A stretch of 36,705 bases of DNA from Chiloscyllium plagiosum (GCF_004010195.1 NC_057718.1:3412894-3449598), one strand, 5' to 3'. Shown: positions 23,001 to 34,650, counted from the first letter of the stretch. Translations and numbers: made by a program. The notes: generated from the sequence alone by a model not told the origin.

Positions 23001-24500
23001 TTGAAACGGATAAAAGTGGATAAATCCCCAGGACCTGATCAGGTGTACCCGAGAACTCTGTGGGAAGCTAGAGAAGTGATTGCTGGGCCTCTTGCTGAGA
23101 TATTTATATCATCGATAGTCACAGGTGATGTGCTGGAAGACTGGAGGTTGGCAAACGTGGTGCCACTGTTTAAGAAGGGTTGTAACGACAAGTCAGGGAA
23201 CTATAGACCGGTGAGCCTGACCTCGGTGGTGGGCAAGTTGTTGGAGGAAATCCTGAGGGATAGGATGTACATGTATTTGGAAAGGCAAGGACTGATTCGG
23301 GACAGCCAACATGGTTTTGAGCGTGGGAAATCATATCTCACAAACTTGATTGATTTTTTGATGAAGTATTAAAGAAGATTGATGAAGGCAGAGCTGTAGA
23401 TGTGATCTATACGGACTTCAATAAGGCATTCGACAAGGTTCCCCATGGGAGACTGATTAGCAAGGTTAGATCTCATGGAATACAGGGAGAGCTAGCCATT
23501 TGGATACAGAACTGGCTCAAAGGTAAAAGACAGAGGGTGGTGGTGGAGGGTTGTTTTTCAGACTGGAGGCCTGTGACCAGTGGAGTGCCACAAGGACCGG
23601 TGCTGGGCCCTCTACTTTTTGTCATTTACATAAATGATTTGGATGTGAGTATAAGAGGTACAGTTAGTAAGTTTGCAGATGACACCAAAATTGGAGGTGT
23701 AGTGGACGGCGAAGAGGGTTACCTCAGATTGCAACAGGATCTTGACCAGATGGGTCAATGGGCTGACAAGTGGCAGATGGAATTTAATTCAGATAAATGC
23801 GAGGTGCTGCATTTTGGGAAAGCAAATCTTAGCTGGACTTATGCACTTAATGAACAAAGAGACCTTGGAGTGCAGGTTCATAGCTCCTTGAAAGTGGAGT
23901 CGCAGGTAGATAGGATAGTGAAGAAGGCATTTGGTATGCTTTCCTTTATTGGTCAGAGTATTGAGTACAGGAGTTGAGAGGTCATATTGCGGCTGTACAG
24001 GAATCCACTGTTGGAATATTGCGTGCAATTCTGTTATCCACCTGTCAGAAGGATGTTGTGTGACTTGAAAGGTTCAAAAAAGATTTACAAGGATGCTGCC
24101 ATGGTCAGAGGGTTTGAGCTGTATGGAGACGCTGAATAGGCTGGAGGGGCATGGATAGGATAAATAGGCAAAGTCTTTTCACTGGGGTTGGGGAGTCCAG
24201 AACTAGAGGGCATAGGTTTAGGGTGAGAGGGGAAAGATATAAAAGACACCTCAGGGGCAACGTTTTCATGCAGAGGGTGGTATGGGTATGGAATGAGCTG
24301 CCAGAGGATGTTGTGGAGGCTGGTACAATTAACATTTAAGAGGCATTTGGATGGGTATATGAATAGGAAGGGTTTGGAGGGATATGGGCCGGGTGCTGGC
24401 AGGTGGGACTAGATTGGGTTGGGATATCTGGTCGGCATGGACGGGTTGGACCGAAGGGTCTGTTTCCATGCTGTACATCTCTATGACTCTATGACTCTAT
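20098..24500 (+). mobile_element. Near full-length CR1 (HER1-like) LINE, inactivated
   Basis: ORF1 coiled coil plus esterase (20643-21475); ORF2 APE endonuclease (IIAITETWL, YYRPPN, GDFN, SDHN) and RT (PGPD, NYRPVSL, GVPQG, FADDTK); (ctatgact)n tail; several stops and frameshifts. Confidence 0.95.
22502..22632. mobile_element. Short Penelope pLTR-derived insert within CR1 ORF2
   Basis: 13-bp TSD TATGTCAGGTATA (22489-22501, 22633-22645); two pLTR segments in opposite orientation. Confidence 0.88.
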
Positions 24501-24552
24501 AACTGATCTGAGGAGTGGTGACCAGTGACAAAAGCCTTCTTTTCTTTTTCTT

Positions 24553-24888
24553 TATTCATTCATGGGATGAGGATGTCACTGGCTAAGCCAGCATTTATTG
24601 CTCATCCCTCATTCTCCAGAGGCAGTTAAGAGTCAACCACATTGCTGTGGGTCTGGAGTCACATGTCGGCCAGACGAGGTAAAGATGGCAGCTTCCTTCC
24701 CTGAAGGACATGAGTGACCCAGATGGGTATTTCCTACAATTGGCAGTGAATTCATGGACATCATTAAACTCTTGTTGAAATCAAATTCCATCATCTGCTG
24801 TGATGGGATTCAAACCCAGGTTCCCAGAACATGACCTGGGTCTCTGGATTAACAGTCCAGCAATAATACCATTAGACCAGCATCTCCC
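24553..24888 (-). mobile_element. SacSINE1/DeuSINE-like SINE
   Basis: Reverse-complement match to 1142-1470, with B box gggtttgaatccc. Confidence 0.7.
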
Positions 24889-24924
24889 CACTTATGCCTG
24901 ACAATAACTATGTGATTGCTCGCA

Positions 24925-25290
24925 CTACACCTGATGAAGGAGCAGAGCTTCAAAAACTTGTGTTTCAAATAAACCTGTTGGTCTATAGTCTGATGTCATC
25001 TGACTGCTGACTATATCGAGAGTGTGTGATGCTGGAAAAGCACAGCAGGTCATGCAGCATCCGAGGAGCAGGAGAATTGATGTTTCGGGCAGGAGCCCTT
25101 CACCAGAAATCCTGCTGAAAGGCTCCTGCCCACAACGTCAATTCTCCTACTCCTCAGATGCTGCATGACCTGCTGCACTTTTCCAGCATCACACACTCTC
25201 GACTTTGATCTCCAGCATCTGCAGTCCTCACATTCTCCTACCTGACTTCTGACTATGTCCACCCCAGTCCAACACTAGCACCTCCACATT
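24925..25290. mobile_element. Penelope pLTR fragment containing a nested palindromic Penelope insert (25015-25241)
   Basis: The outer piece matches 29115-29240; the inner insert is flanked by ctgact(g/t)ctgactat duplicates and has ~95-bp inverted arms. Confidence 0.8.
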
Positions 25291-26980
25291 ATTGCTGGCT
25301 GAACTGCTTGTGAATGTGAATGGTTATAGCCAGAAGCTATCGGATCTCTGGAAATTAAGGTGGAGGCATTTTTCTGCAATAAAAGCTAACTACTGCCCAA
25401 AGAAAGCCAGTTTATTTTCCCTTACAAGATGCTGTATGCTGTTGCTTTTAACCAGAATTTGTAAACTAGTCATTTTGTGTTTCCTACAAGGAAGTGGAAA
25501 ACACCTGAAGAAAGAGAGGGAGACAGATATCAACAAACATCAAATCCTGATGTACAAAATGTACATTCATTCACAGCCAAGGCAACAAGGCTCTGCAGAA
25601 ATAGTTTGGGATGTTGTTAAAAAAAATGCCTGAAAGAAAGACCATCCTAGTGGGGCAAGGAAATCCTCCCAGAAGATCAAATGTGTTAAATTCTCAGAGT
25701 TCCTTCAATTTTTTTGTCAATGAGGCTGATTCCTGAAAATGAAACATTGATGGAAGATCTTCTGACCATAATTCAGACTCCAGTGGGTAATTGTTTGAAA
25801 CCCTGATATTGGAAACTTTATCTTTGCAAATACTTCATGAAGTGATTTTATCAGCATTTCCCTTGTCTTTTACTGACTGAGAGGGAGAAATTGTGCAGCT
25901 GGTCCTGCTCGAAGAGTTCTTCTCTTTTTACCAATAGAGAGGGGTCTTTTTTCGCTGCTTTTCATCAGCTTGACAATTTTGCTTCTGCTGTTCTCCTTAA
26001 ATACCCAAACAGTTCCACATTCCAGCTTCTCATAGACCTCATGTCATCCTAATACAGGTTTCTGATCAGTGTTTTTTTTTGCAACAGAACTTGAAAGGGT
26101 GGTTCTGATGTTCCCTTATATATTTCATGACTTTTTTTTCAACAAAAGAGTATACTCTCAGCTCTGACTGCTCCTGCACATCTGTTAGAATTGCTGTTTT
26201 AAATAAAATTGTCTCCACTTCTCTTATTTCTCCATCCAATCTGAGTATCCTCACATCTCTCTGCATTAAATCTGATCTGCTATTGGTTGCCCACACCCTC
26301 ACAATAGGACAAGTGGAAAAGAAAGCCCCAGGACCCACCTGAGCCAGGATGGGGTCTGAAGCCAGGCTTTCAGCAACATTCAACTCAAATCTCCAGGTAA
26401 ATATGTTGGGAACTCGCAGAATATTATGATCACTCTTCCCTAGTCAGGTGGCTCGGATGGCTGGAGCATAATGTAGAATAATGACAACATCTCAGCTTTA
26501 ATCCCAGTCTCAGCTATGAGAGCTCATGGAGACCGAGCCCCTCCCCTTGCCCTGTTCTCAATGTGGAGTGGTTCCCTTTAACCTGGATCAAAACAATTGT
26601 CTCTCTGGAATGGAGAGAGATGTGTGTGTCCCTATTTGCTCTGTGGTTCATTCCCAATCCCTGGGAGGTTCCCCTGCAGATGTGGCACCTCACAGAGCAA
26701 TCTCCCTGACTCTGCACATCCAGCCCGATGGCACTGACACTCTTGTGAGTCGAATGGAATTAGTATCACTCATTCTCCTCCCATTGTCACAAAAAAATCC
26801 CCTTTTTCCCAAACATACCACCAACATTGAACCTGAGCTCAGCTTCCTCCCCATAGTGAATCCATCCCCAAGATCACTCTCCATCACCTCCTCAATCATC
26901 TTGATAACAAGCTGACCTCCAATTCATTCATTGGACAGGAGGCTTTTACTCGAGGTGATAGTCATATTATCTCCACTTAC

Positions 26981-27122
26981 TGTTTACAGTGAGCTGGCTT
27001 CCTTCACCAAGGACACTTCTCAGACTGAGCAGTAATAGACCTCAGTGTCATTGGACTGCATGTTTGTGACGGTCAGAATGAAGCTGTTGCTGGAGGGCTC
27101 TCTGGAAGTCTGGAAACGCTCA
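26981..27122 (-). pseudogene. 3' half of a VJ exon (exon 5), paralogue of exons 1 and 2
   Basis: ERFQTSREPSSNSFILTVTNMQSNDTEVYYCSV*, then a frameshift to LGEGSQLTVN and a gtaagt donor; the 5' half is replaced by a Penelope fragment. Confidence 0.9.
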
Positions 27123-27545
27123 AGAAATAGGGAAGGTCACTACAAGACATGTCAGAGGATTGACACGGACACCACTATTACATGTAGGGGCACCACTCAC
27201 CATGTACGCGGCAGGTATTCATGTGAATTAGCCTACATTGTCGATCTCATATCCTGCAGGCAACAATGCACTGAAGCATGCTACATTGGTGAGACTGAGC
27301 AGACGCTATGGCAACAGATGAATGGACACTGCACAACAATCACCCAGCAGGAGTGTTCCCTCCCATTCGGGGATCACTTCAACATTAGAGACATTTGGCC
27401 TTGGACCTTCGAGTGACCATTTTCCAAGGCGGACTTCAGGACAGACAACACAAGGTGGCTGAGCAGATGCTGATAGCCAAGTTCTGTACCTGTGAGGATG
27501 GCCTCAACTGGGACCTTAGGTTCATGTCACATGACAGATGACCCC
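27123..27545 (+). mobile_element. Penelope-like GIY-YIG endonuclease fragment
   Basis: HVRGRYSCE..LISCRQQCTEACYIGETEQTLWQQMNGH..HF, followed by a CT/CA-rich tract to ~27780. Confidence 0.85.
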
Positions 27546-27892
27546 ATTGCACTCTACGATCTCTCTCTCTCTCTCTGTGTCTTACACACATGCACACACA
27601 CTCTCTTACATACCCTCACACTCATGCAGACTCTTTCTCATATGCAAGCTCTCTCTCTCATGCACACACATACACCCCCCACACTCACACCCACATACGC
27701 ACTCTCTCACAGGCTTATACCCAAACACACACACAAACACACTTTTCCCAGCTTGCACACAAGCAAGCAGACACTCTCCCGATGACAGAGTGGCACAGTG
27801 GTTAGCGCTGCTGCCTCACAGAACCAGTGAACCAGGTTTGATTCCAGCCTTGTCCAACGCAATTTCTGGAGTTTGCATGTTCTCTCTGTGTC

Positions 27893-28867
27893 TAGAACAT
27901 ACAACATAGAATAGTACAGCACAGAACAGGCCCTTCAGTCCACGATGTTGTGCCGACCACTGATCCTCATGTAAACCAGCTTAAAACTATGACCCCTCGT
28001 GTTAGTCATTTCTGCCCTGGGAAATAGTCTCCGGCTATCGACACTATCTATGCCTCTCATTATCTTGTATACCTCAATTACGTCCCCTCTCCTCCTCCTC
28101 TTCTCCAATGAAAAAAGTCTGAGCTCAGTCAACCTCTCTTCATAAGATAAGCCCTCCAGTCCAGGCAGCATCCTGGTAAACCTCCTCTGAAACCTCTCCA
28201 AAGCATCAACATCTTTCCTATAATAGGGCGACCAGAACTGGACGCAGTATTCCAAGTGCAGTCTAACCAAAGTTTTATAGAGCTGCAACAAGGTCTCACG
28301 ACTCTTAAACTCAATCCCCCTGTCAATGAAAGCCAAAACACCATATGTTTTCTTAACAACCCTGTCCACTTGGATGGCAATTTTAAGGGATCTATGTACC
28401 AAGATCTCTCTGTTCCTCCACAAGAATCCTATCCATAATCCTGTACTCAGCTTTCAAATTCGACCTTCCAAAATGCATCATCTCGCATTTATCCAGGTTG
28501 AACTTCATCTGCCACCTCTCAGCCCATCTCTGCATCCTGTCAATGTCCCGCTGCAGCCTACAACAGCCCTCTATACTGTCAACGACACCTCCAACCCCCT
28601 TTGTGGCGTCTGCAAACTTGCTGACCCATCCTTCAATCCCCTTATCAAAGTCATTAATAAAAATTACAAACCCAAGGACAGAGCCCTGTGGAACACCACT
28701 CACCACAGACTTCCAGGCAGAATATTTTCCTTCTACTACCACTCACTATCTTCTGTTGACCAGCCAATTCTGTATCCAGACAGCTAAGTTCCCCTGTATC
28801 CCATTCCTCCTGACATTCTGAATGAGCCTACCATGGGGAACCTTATCAAATTCCTTGCTGAAGTCCA
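27893..28867 (-). mobile_element. CR1 LINE RT/3' fragment flanked by partial HE1 SINEs (27787-27892, 28868-29062)
   Basis: FDKVPHGRL, GVPQGSVLG, SKFADATK, HLEYCVQFWSP; same subfamily as 17291-18055. Confidence 0.9.
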
Positions 28868-29339
28868 CTGTGTCTGAGTGGATGTGTTCTGGTTTCTTCC
28901 CACAATCCAAAGATGTGCAGGTTAGATGAATTGGCCATGCTAAACTGCCCATAGTGTTCAGGGGTGTGTAGATTATGTGCATTGGTAAATGTAATATAAC
29001 AAGGTAGGGGGACAGGTCTGGGTGGGTTACTCTTTGGAGGGTCAGTATAGACTTGTTGGACGGAATTGAAAGTAAATTTACAATAAATTCTGTGTCCTAT
29101 GATCCTGCACCACTAGCTACCTGATGAAGGAGAAATGCTTTGAAAATGTGCACTTCCAAATAAACCTGTTGGGACTGCAACTTGGTGTTGTGTGATTTTG
29201 AACTTTGTCCATCCCAGTTCAACACTAGCACCTCTAGATCATAACTAATAAAAGACAGAGTGAGGATAAGGGGGCATTTTCAGGATGGCAACCTGTCATT
29301 GGAGTGTCACAGGGTCAGTGCTGGGCCATAATTATTTAC

Positions 29340-29467
29340 GGAGAAAGTGAGGTCTGCAGATGCTGGAGATCAGAGATGGAAATGTGTTGCTGGAAAAGCG
29401 CAGCAGGTCAGGCAGCATCTAGGGAACAGGAGAATCGACGTTTCGGGCATTAGCCCTTCTTCAGGAA
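29340..29467 (-). mobile_element. Solo Penelope pLTR-tail insert
   Basis: 12-bp TSD ATAATTATTTAC (29328-29339, 29468-29479). Confidence 0.88.
29430..29466 (-). ncRNA. Minimal hammerhead ribozyme motif (Penelope type)
   Basis: Minus strand reads CUGAAGA-A-GGGC uaau GCCC-GAAAC-GUC: conserved core boxes, 4-bp stem II, vestigial stem III, GUC cleavage triplet. Confidence 0.65.
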
Positions 29468-29602
29468 ATAATTATTTACACTCAGTTTTCTGGTCTGTGT
29501 TCCCAGCCTGTGGAGTTCTGTGTCAGCTGAACCAAACAATCCCCAGACAGTGATAAATTCTCCTTGTGACACTTCTCTCCAGTTCTCAATGTTCAAATTT
29601 AC

Positions 29603-29648
29603 AGAATTCACACTAACTCCACAGCAGCACAAACCATAGAAAAGTCAT
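29603..29648 (-). pseudogene. Signal-peptide (leader) exon with in-frame stop
   Basis: ATG ACT TTT CTA TGG TTT GTG CTG CTG TGG AGT TAG TGT GAA TTC T|gtaaat = MTFLWFVLLWS*CEF; 46 nt, phase 1, upstream of VJ exon 5 on the same strand. Confidence 0.6.
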
Positions 29649-29813
29649 TTATAACAAGTTAAGCTCCTCCAAAGAAAAGTTAAAAAATCACACAACACCA
29701 GATTGTAGTACAACAGGTTTATTTGGAAGCACTAGCTTTCAGAGTGCTGCTCCTTCATCAGGTAGCTGTGGAGCAGGACCATAAGACGCAGAATGTATAG
29801 CACAAGATTACAT

Positions 29814-29848
29814 TCCTGATGAAGGGCTTTTGCCCGAAATGTCGATTT
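29814..29848 (+). ncRNA. Minimal hammerhead ribozyme motif (Penelope type)
   Basis: CUGAUGA-A-GGGC uuuu GCCC-GAAAU-GUC. Confidence 0.6.
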
Positions 29849-30203
29849 CGCTGCTCCTTGGATGCTGCCTGAACTGCTGTGCTCTTCCAGCACCACTAAT
29901 CCAGAATCTGGTTTCCAACATCCGCAGTCATTGTTTTTACCCCTAAAAGATTACAGTGTCATGCAACTGAAATGATATATTGAACAAGCCTAGATAGCTG
30001 TTAAGGAGAAAGTGAGGACTGCAAATGCTGTCGATCAGAGCTGATAATATGTTGCTGGAAAAGCGCAGCAGGTCAGGCAGCATCCAAGGAGCAGGAGAAT
30101 CGATGTTTCGGGCATGAGCCCTTCTTCAGGAATGAGGAAAGTGTGTCCAGCAGGCTAAGATAAAAGGTAGGGAGGAGGGACTTGGGGGAGGGGTGTTGGA
30201 AAT

Positions 30204-30480
30204 NNNNNNNNNNNNNNNNNNNNNNNNNNNNNNNNNNNNNNNNNNNNNNNNNNNNNNNNNNNNNNNNNNNNNNNNNNNNNNNNNNNNNNNNNNNNNNNNN
30301 NNNNNNNNNNNNNNNNNNNNNNNNNNNNNNNNNNNNNNNNNNNNNNNNNNNNNNNNNNNNNNNNNNNNNNNNNNNNNNNNNNNNNNNNNNNNNNNNNNNN
30401 NNNNNNNNNNNNNNNNNNNNNNNNNNNNNNNNNNNNNNNNNNNNNNNNNNNNNNNNNNNNNNNNNNNNNNNNNNNNNNNN
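30204..30480. other. Assembly gap
   Basis: Run of N inside a Penelope element. Confidence 0.99.
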
Positions 30481-32644
30481 GGAGGGGAGGGAAATATATC
30501 CCTGGTGGTGGGGTCCATTTGGAGGTGGCAGAAATGACGATGGATGATACGATGTATATGGAGATTGGTGGGGTGGTAGGTGAGGACCAGTGGGGTTCAG
30601 TCCTGGTGACAATTGGAGGGGCGGAGCTCAAGGGCGGAGGAGCGGGAAGTGGAGGAGATGCGGTGGAGTGCATCGTCAATCATGTCTGGGGAGAAATTGC
30701 GGTCTTTGAAGAAGGTGGGTTGTACGGTATTGGAACTGGTCCTCCTGGGAGCAGATGCGGCAGAGACGAAGGAATTGGGAATATGGGATAGCCGTTAAGT
30801 CCTTCATCTCTCAGAATGGATTGCAGGTTTCAGTTCATGAATATGTAAATCCCAGAACTTCTTTTAAGTCACTTTCTTGAGATAACTTAAGGTTTTATTA
30901 AAAAAAGGTGACATCTCAGCTCAGACAATGCATCATAGGTGTGAGGTTAAAGTCTGTCTGTATCCCAATCCTGAGTCAAACTGGTTCTATTTCCAAAGTA
31001 GAGTTTATAAACTATTACATGGATTGACTGCCTGTCCATTCCGGTCCAACACTGGCTCCACCACATCATGTTCTCCAAAGCAAACACTTAGCCAAAGCAA
31101 CACAGAACGACAGCATCACAGCAACTGGAGTCCCACTGATCATCTTAACAGAGTGACAACCCTGTTTCTCCACACAGTTTATTGTAGGTCCAGTTAATAA
31201 ATTGAAACACAAAATCTCCCAGCCAATTGCAACTTCCTTAATGTCTCGTTTCTCAGGAGTAAAGAAGTTAAAGTGTCAGTAAAGGAGAAGCATAGACAAT
31301 AAATGAATGGCTGCTGTCTTCTGAGAGAGCATATTGCTGGCTGGATTTTCTAAATGTGGCTTCATGAAGTTTATTTCAGGAATGATGTTAATTTCTTATT
31401 CAATACAAGTTCCTCACAATCAGTCATCTAAACATCGAGAATTCACACATTTGCTGCAACCCTGTGAATGGTCAAAGCACTTATTAAAAAATCCCACTGG
31501 GTCCAAACCCCTCCTCTTTATAACAACTGCCATTTATGTTGCTGTGTGTACTCAGTAAAATGATGGCAAAACTTTTCAAAAGTGAGGAAATTAACAAACT
31601 TTATCATCAATTGAAGACATGTGATCACAAGACACTAAACCAAAGCATTTGATCAAAAAACTGAAATTGCTGGAGAACCTCAGCAGGTCTGGCAGCATCT
31701 GTGGGGAAACAGAGTTAATGTTTCCAGTCCAGTGTGACATTGTTTCAGAAATTTGATCAAATGGTTCGGTCTGAAGCAGAGTCTGAAAGGGAAAAGGACA
31801 GTGGAGAAATGAGATAGCTTAAACTGGCGAATCCCCAAAAATAGATCCAGGGATCACAGTGTGTGATTAACCCATGGCGAATCATTGTAGTCTCAGCCGG
31901 AGATCACTCAGCAGATCGCAGCATAAGTTAAATGCGGAGCCAACCCTGATCCATTGAAATTATTTCTCAGCAACCTGTGGGGGTGTGCCGTACCACTGGG
32001 TGGGGTTTGATCCCTGACCTTGTGGTCTACAGTTAGGGACACTGCCAGCGTGCCACAGCCCCCTGACCCTGATATTGGTTACACGTCTCAAGGGCAGCAG
32101 CTTCTCTCAAACAAATGGCTCGAACCATTTGTCATTTCTGTTGCTGTTCATTCCAAGGCAGTTGTTGATAATACATGAACACACAGTGGCTGTGGGTGAT
32201 GTGGGGGGTGAAAACTTTGTCACCTCAAATGTGCACAAGTTGCCAGCAGCTCCGGGTCAGACTTTTCAATTAATTAGCTCAAGAACACAGATATACAGTT
32301 TAATGGTCAGATAAATAGGTTATATCTGTGAAATTGAGCATAATTTAAAATATCTGCTGAACTCACTCTGTCAGTGATGATTGACAAAGATATAAACAAG
32401 AAGAAAACGCACCCAAACCACAGGCAGCAACTGTTGTTCACGATGTCATTTGTCAGTCTCTAACTGCAATATTTGAAGCGTATATTTGAAACCTATGTCA
32501 AAATGTAGAAGCTGATGTGATTAAACCTGATTAAAAACAACAGCTTGTAGTTTTACAGTGCCTTTAACACAGGAAAACTTTCCAGGCTTTCTCACATGGA
32601 GTCACATGGGGTGATATTAGTCTGGGTGACATTCCACAACGGCA

Positions 32645-32898
32645 GCTGAGATGAGGAGGAATTTCATCAGCTAGAGGGTGATGAATCTGTGGAACTCAAT
32701 ACATAGAGGGCTGTAGAGGCCAAGTCATTGAGTGTATTTAAGACCAAGATAGATAGATGCTGGATCAGTAAGGGGGTCAAAGGTTATTGGGAATGGCCAG
32801 AAAAATGAGTTTCAAAAACATATCAGTAATGATTGAATGGCAGAGCAGACTCAATGGGCCAAATAGTGTCATTCTGTTCCTATATCTTATAGTCTTAT
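32645..32898 (+). mobile_element. CR1 LINE 3' end
   Basis: Similar to 10595-10870, with a ctatatcttatagtcttat tail. Confidence 0.75.
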
Positions 32899-32902
32899 AT
32901 AC

Positions 32903-33245
32903 GAGACTGAGGGAGGGTAATTGAATAGGTAAAGCCCCACACATTGCAGGTAGACTCGGCAGTGTAACTGGGCTGTACATTTGTAATGGCCAGAATAAAT
33001 ATGTTCTTGGAGGGTTCTCTGGAAGGTTGAAATGAAGCAGGAAAACTGGGGGAATTTCCTGGTGAATTATGTCTGGAATGAGCTATTATCTTGTCCTTTC
33101 TTTTCCTGGAGAGTTGTTGTTACTAATGAATGATCACTTCTTGCAGCTTGGTGTTCTTCATGGTGTCCTGTCATTCTCACTGTCTGACCTTTTCTGACAC
33201 TCTGAACTGTTGAAAACTGTACTATTACTGGATTCATAACAGTAC
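32903..33245 (-). pseudogene. Degenerate VJ-type exon 6
   Basis: tttattttccatttctag acceptor, phase 1; TVMNPVIVQFSTVQSVRKGQTVRM/QDTMKNTKLQEVIIH** ... PSFPASFQPSREPSKNIFILAITNVQPSYTAESTCNVWGFTY aligns with exon 2; the 3' end is unclear. Confidence 0.8.
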
Positions 33246-33339
33246 CTAGAAATGGAAAATAAAGATCACTTTAAAAACACTAAGGTCAGGCAGTAATCAG
33301 CACCTGACAACAAATCTATATATCCAATCACTACACCCC

Positions 33340-33815
33340 TCAGTTACTCTGAGCATCCTCAATTCTTACCATTTAGTGAGCACTCCCTTGTCTTGTTACT
33401 TCTTCCAAAGTGCATCACCTCACAGATATCAGGGTTTAATTCTAGCTGCCACTGATTTGGCCATCTGACCAATCCATTTCTATCCTCCTGTAGTTTAACA
33501 CCATCCTCCTCACTTTCAAGCACTCGTCCAATCTTTCTGTCATCTGCCAACTTACTTACCATCCTCCACATTCAGATCTGCATCATTTATATCCAGCATA
33601 GACAACAAAGGACCTAGCGCTGATTCCTATGGTACACCACTAGACACAGGCCTCCAGTCACACCAACAGCCCTCTGCCACCACCCTCTGTTGCTGGGTCA
33701 GAACCAATTTTGGATCTAACTTGCTAAGTGACCCTGGATCCCATCAGCTTTTATTTTCAGTATAAGCCTCCCATAGTGGGCCTTGCCAAAGGCTTGACTG
33801 AAATCCCAAGAACCT
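33340..33815 (-). mobile_element. Old CR1 RT fragment
   Basis: SKLADDRKIG..LQED..W..QWQLELNPDICEVMHFG. Confidence 0.8.
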
Positions 33816-34214
33816 ACATGCCCCAGAGAAGTGTGGAGGCTCAGTTATTGGGAACATTCAAGTCTGAAATTAAAGCTTTCTGGAGATGATTTACATGATG
33901 GCATTTGAAGACAGTGTGTCAAAGTGCCATTGAGGTCATTGATCATCCATGCTTTAATTGAGTGGTGGAGCAGACTTGATGGGCTGAATGGCCTACACCT
34001 GCTGCTGTGTCCCTCTGCCTGTATCTGTTAGTCTAAAGGAACGAATGAAGGTCATAAGAAGGGGAATAACCAGGGCAGGTATGAGGAAGGACCAAATGCT
34101 TCAGAGGTGGAGGTGGGAGTGTCATTGGTAGAACAAGAGTTGCAGAGGGTTCTGGGAAAAGATGGTCCAAAGACTCGAGAGCTGAGAGTTTGAAATTTCC
34201 CATTTAAAACCTCA

Positions 34215-34650
34215 AGACCATGAGACTGCAAGGTATGGGAACAAAATTGAGCCATTCAGCCCATTGAGTCTGCTGCAGAAATTGATCATCTCGGAAGTGT
34301 TTCTCAGCCCCATTGTCCTTTTCTCTCCCTGGAACATTTAATGTCCTTACGATACAAACACCGATCTATCTCTGTCTCAAATACACTCAGTGACGTGGCC
34401 TCCACAGTCTTCTATGGCAATGGGTTCCACAGGTTCACCACCCTCTGGGTGAAGAAATTCCTCTTCATCTGAATTCTAAAAGATCATCCCTTCACTCTGA
34501 GGCTGTGTTCTCAGGTCCTAGTCATACTGGTGGAAACCTCTTCTCCACATCCACTTTATCCAGGCCTCTCAATATTCTGGATGTTTCAATCAGATCCCAC
34601 CCCACTTTTTATAAACTCCAGAGAGTACAGATCCAGAGTCCTCAATTTGT
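34215..34650 (-). mobile_element. Old CR1 3' end
   Basis: Reverse complement of FFTQRVVNLWNPLP and the 3' UTR. Confidence 0.7.

Larger units (their letters stand above)
29675..31070 (-). mobile_element. Nest of Penelope-derived elements: host element with inserts at 29813-29946 and ~30006-30787
   Basis: TSDs AAGATTACA (29804-29812, 29947-29955) and GATAGC(T/C)GTTAAG; 30480-30790 is homologous to 14920-15200. Confidence 0.8.

Noticed and set aside
30073-30679. Long ORFs containing X
   Set aside because: Artefacts of the N gap
31985-32070. tRNA-like A/B boxes on the - strand
   Set aside because: No cloverleaf can be drawn; probably a decayed SINE head. HE1 heads are likewise not tRNA genes
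32182-32220. CACAGTG heptamer as a possible RSS (also ~31854)
   Set aside because: No acceptable ACAAAAACC nonamer at 12 or 23 spacing and not adjacent to a V, D or J segment; the V exons end in splice donors
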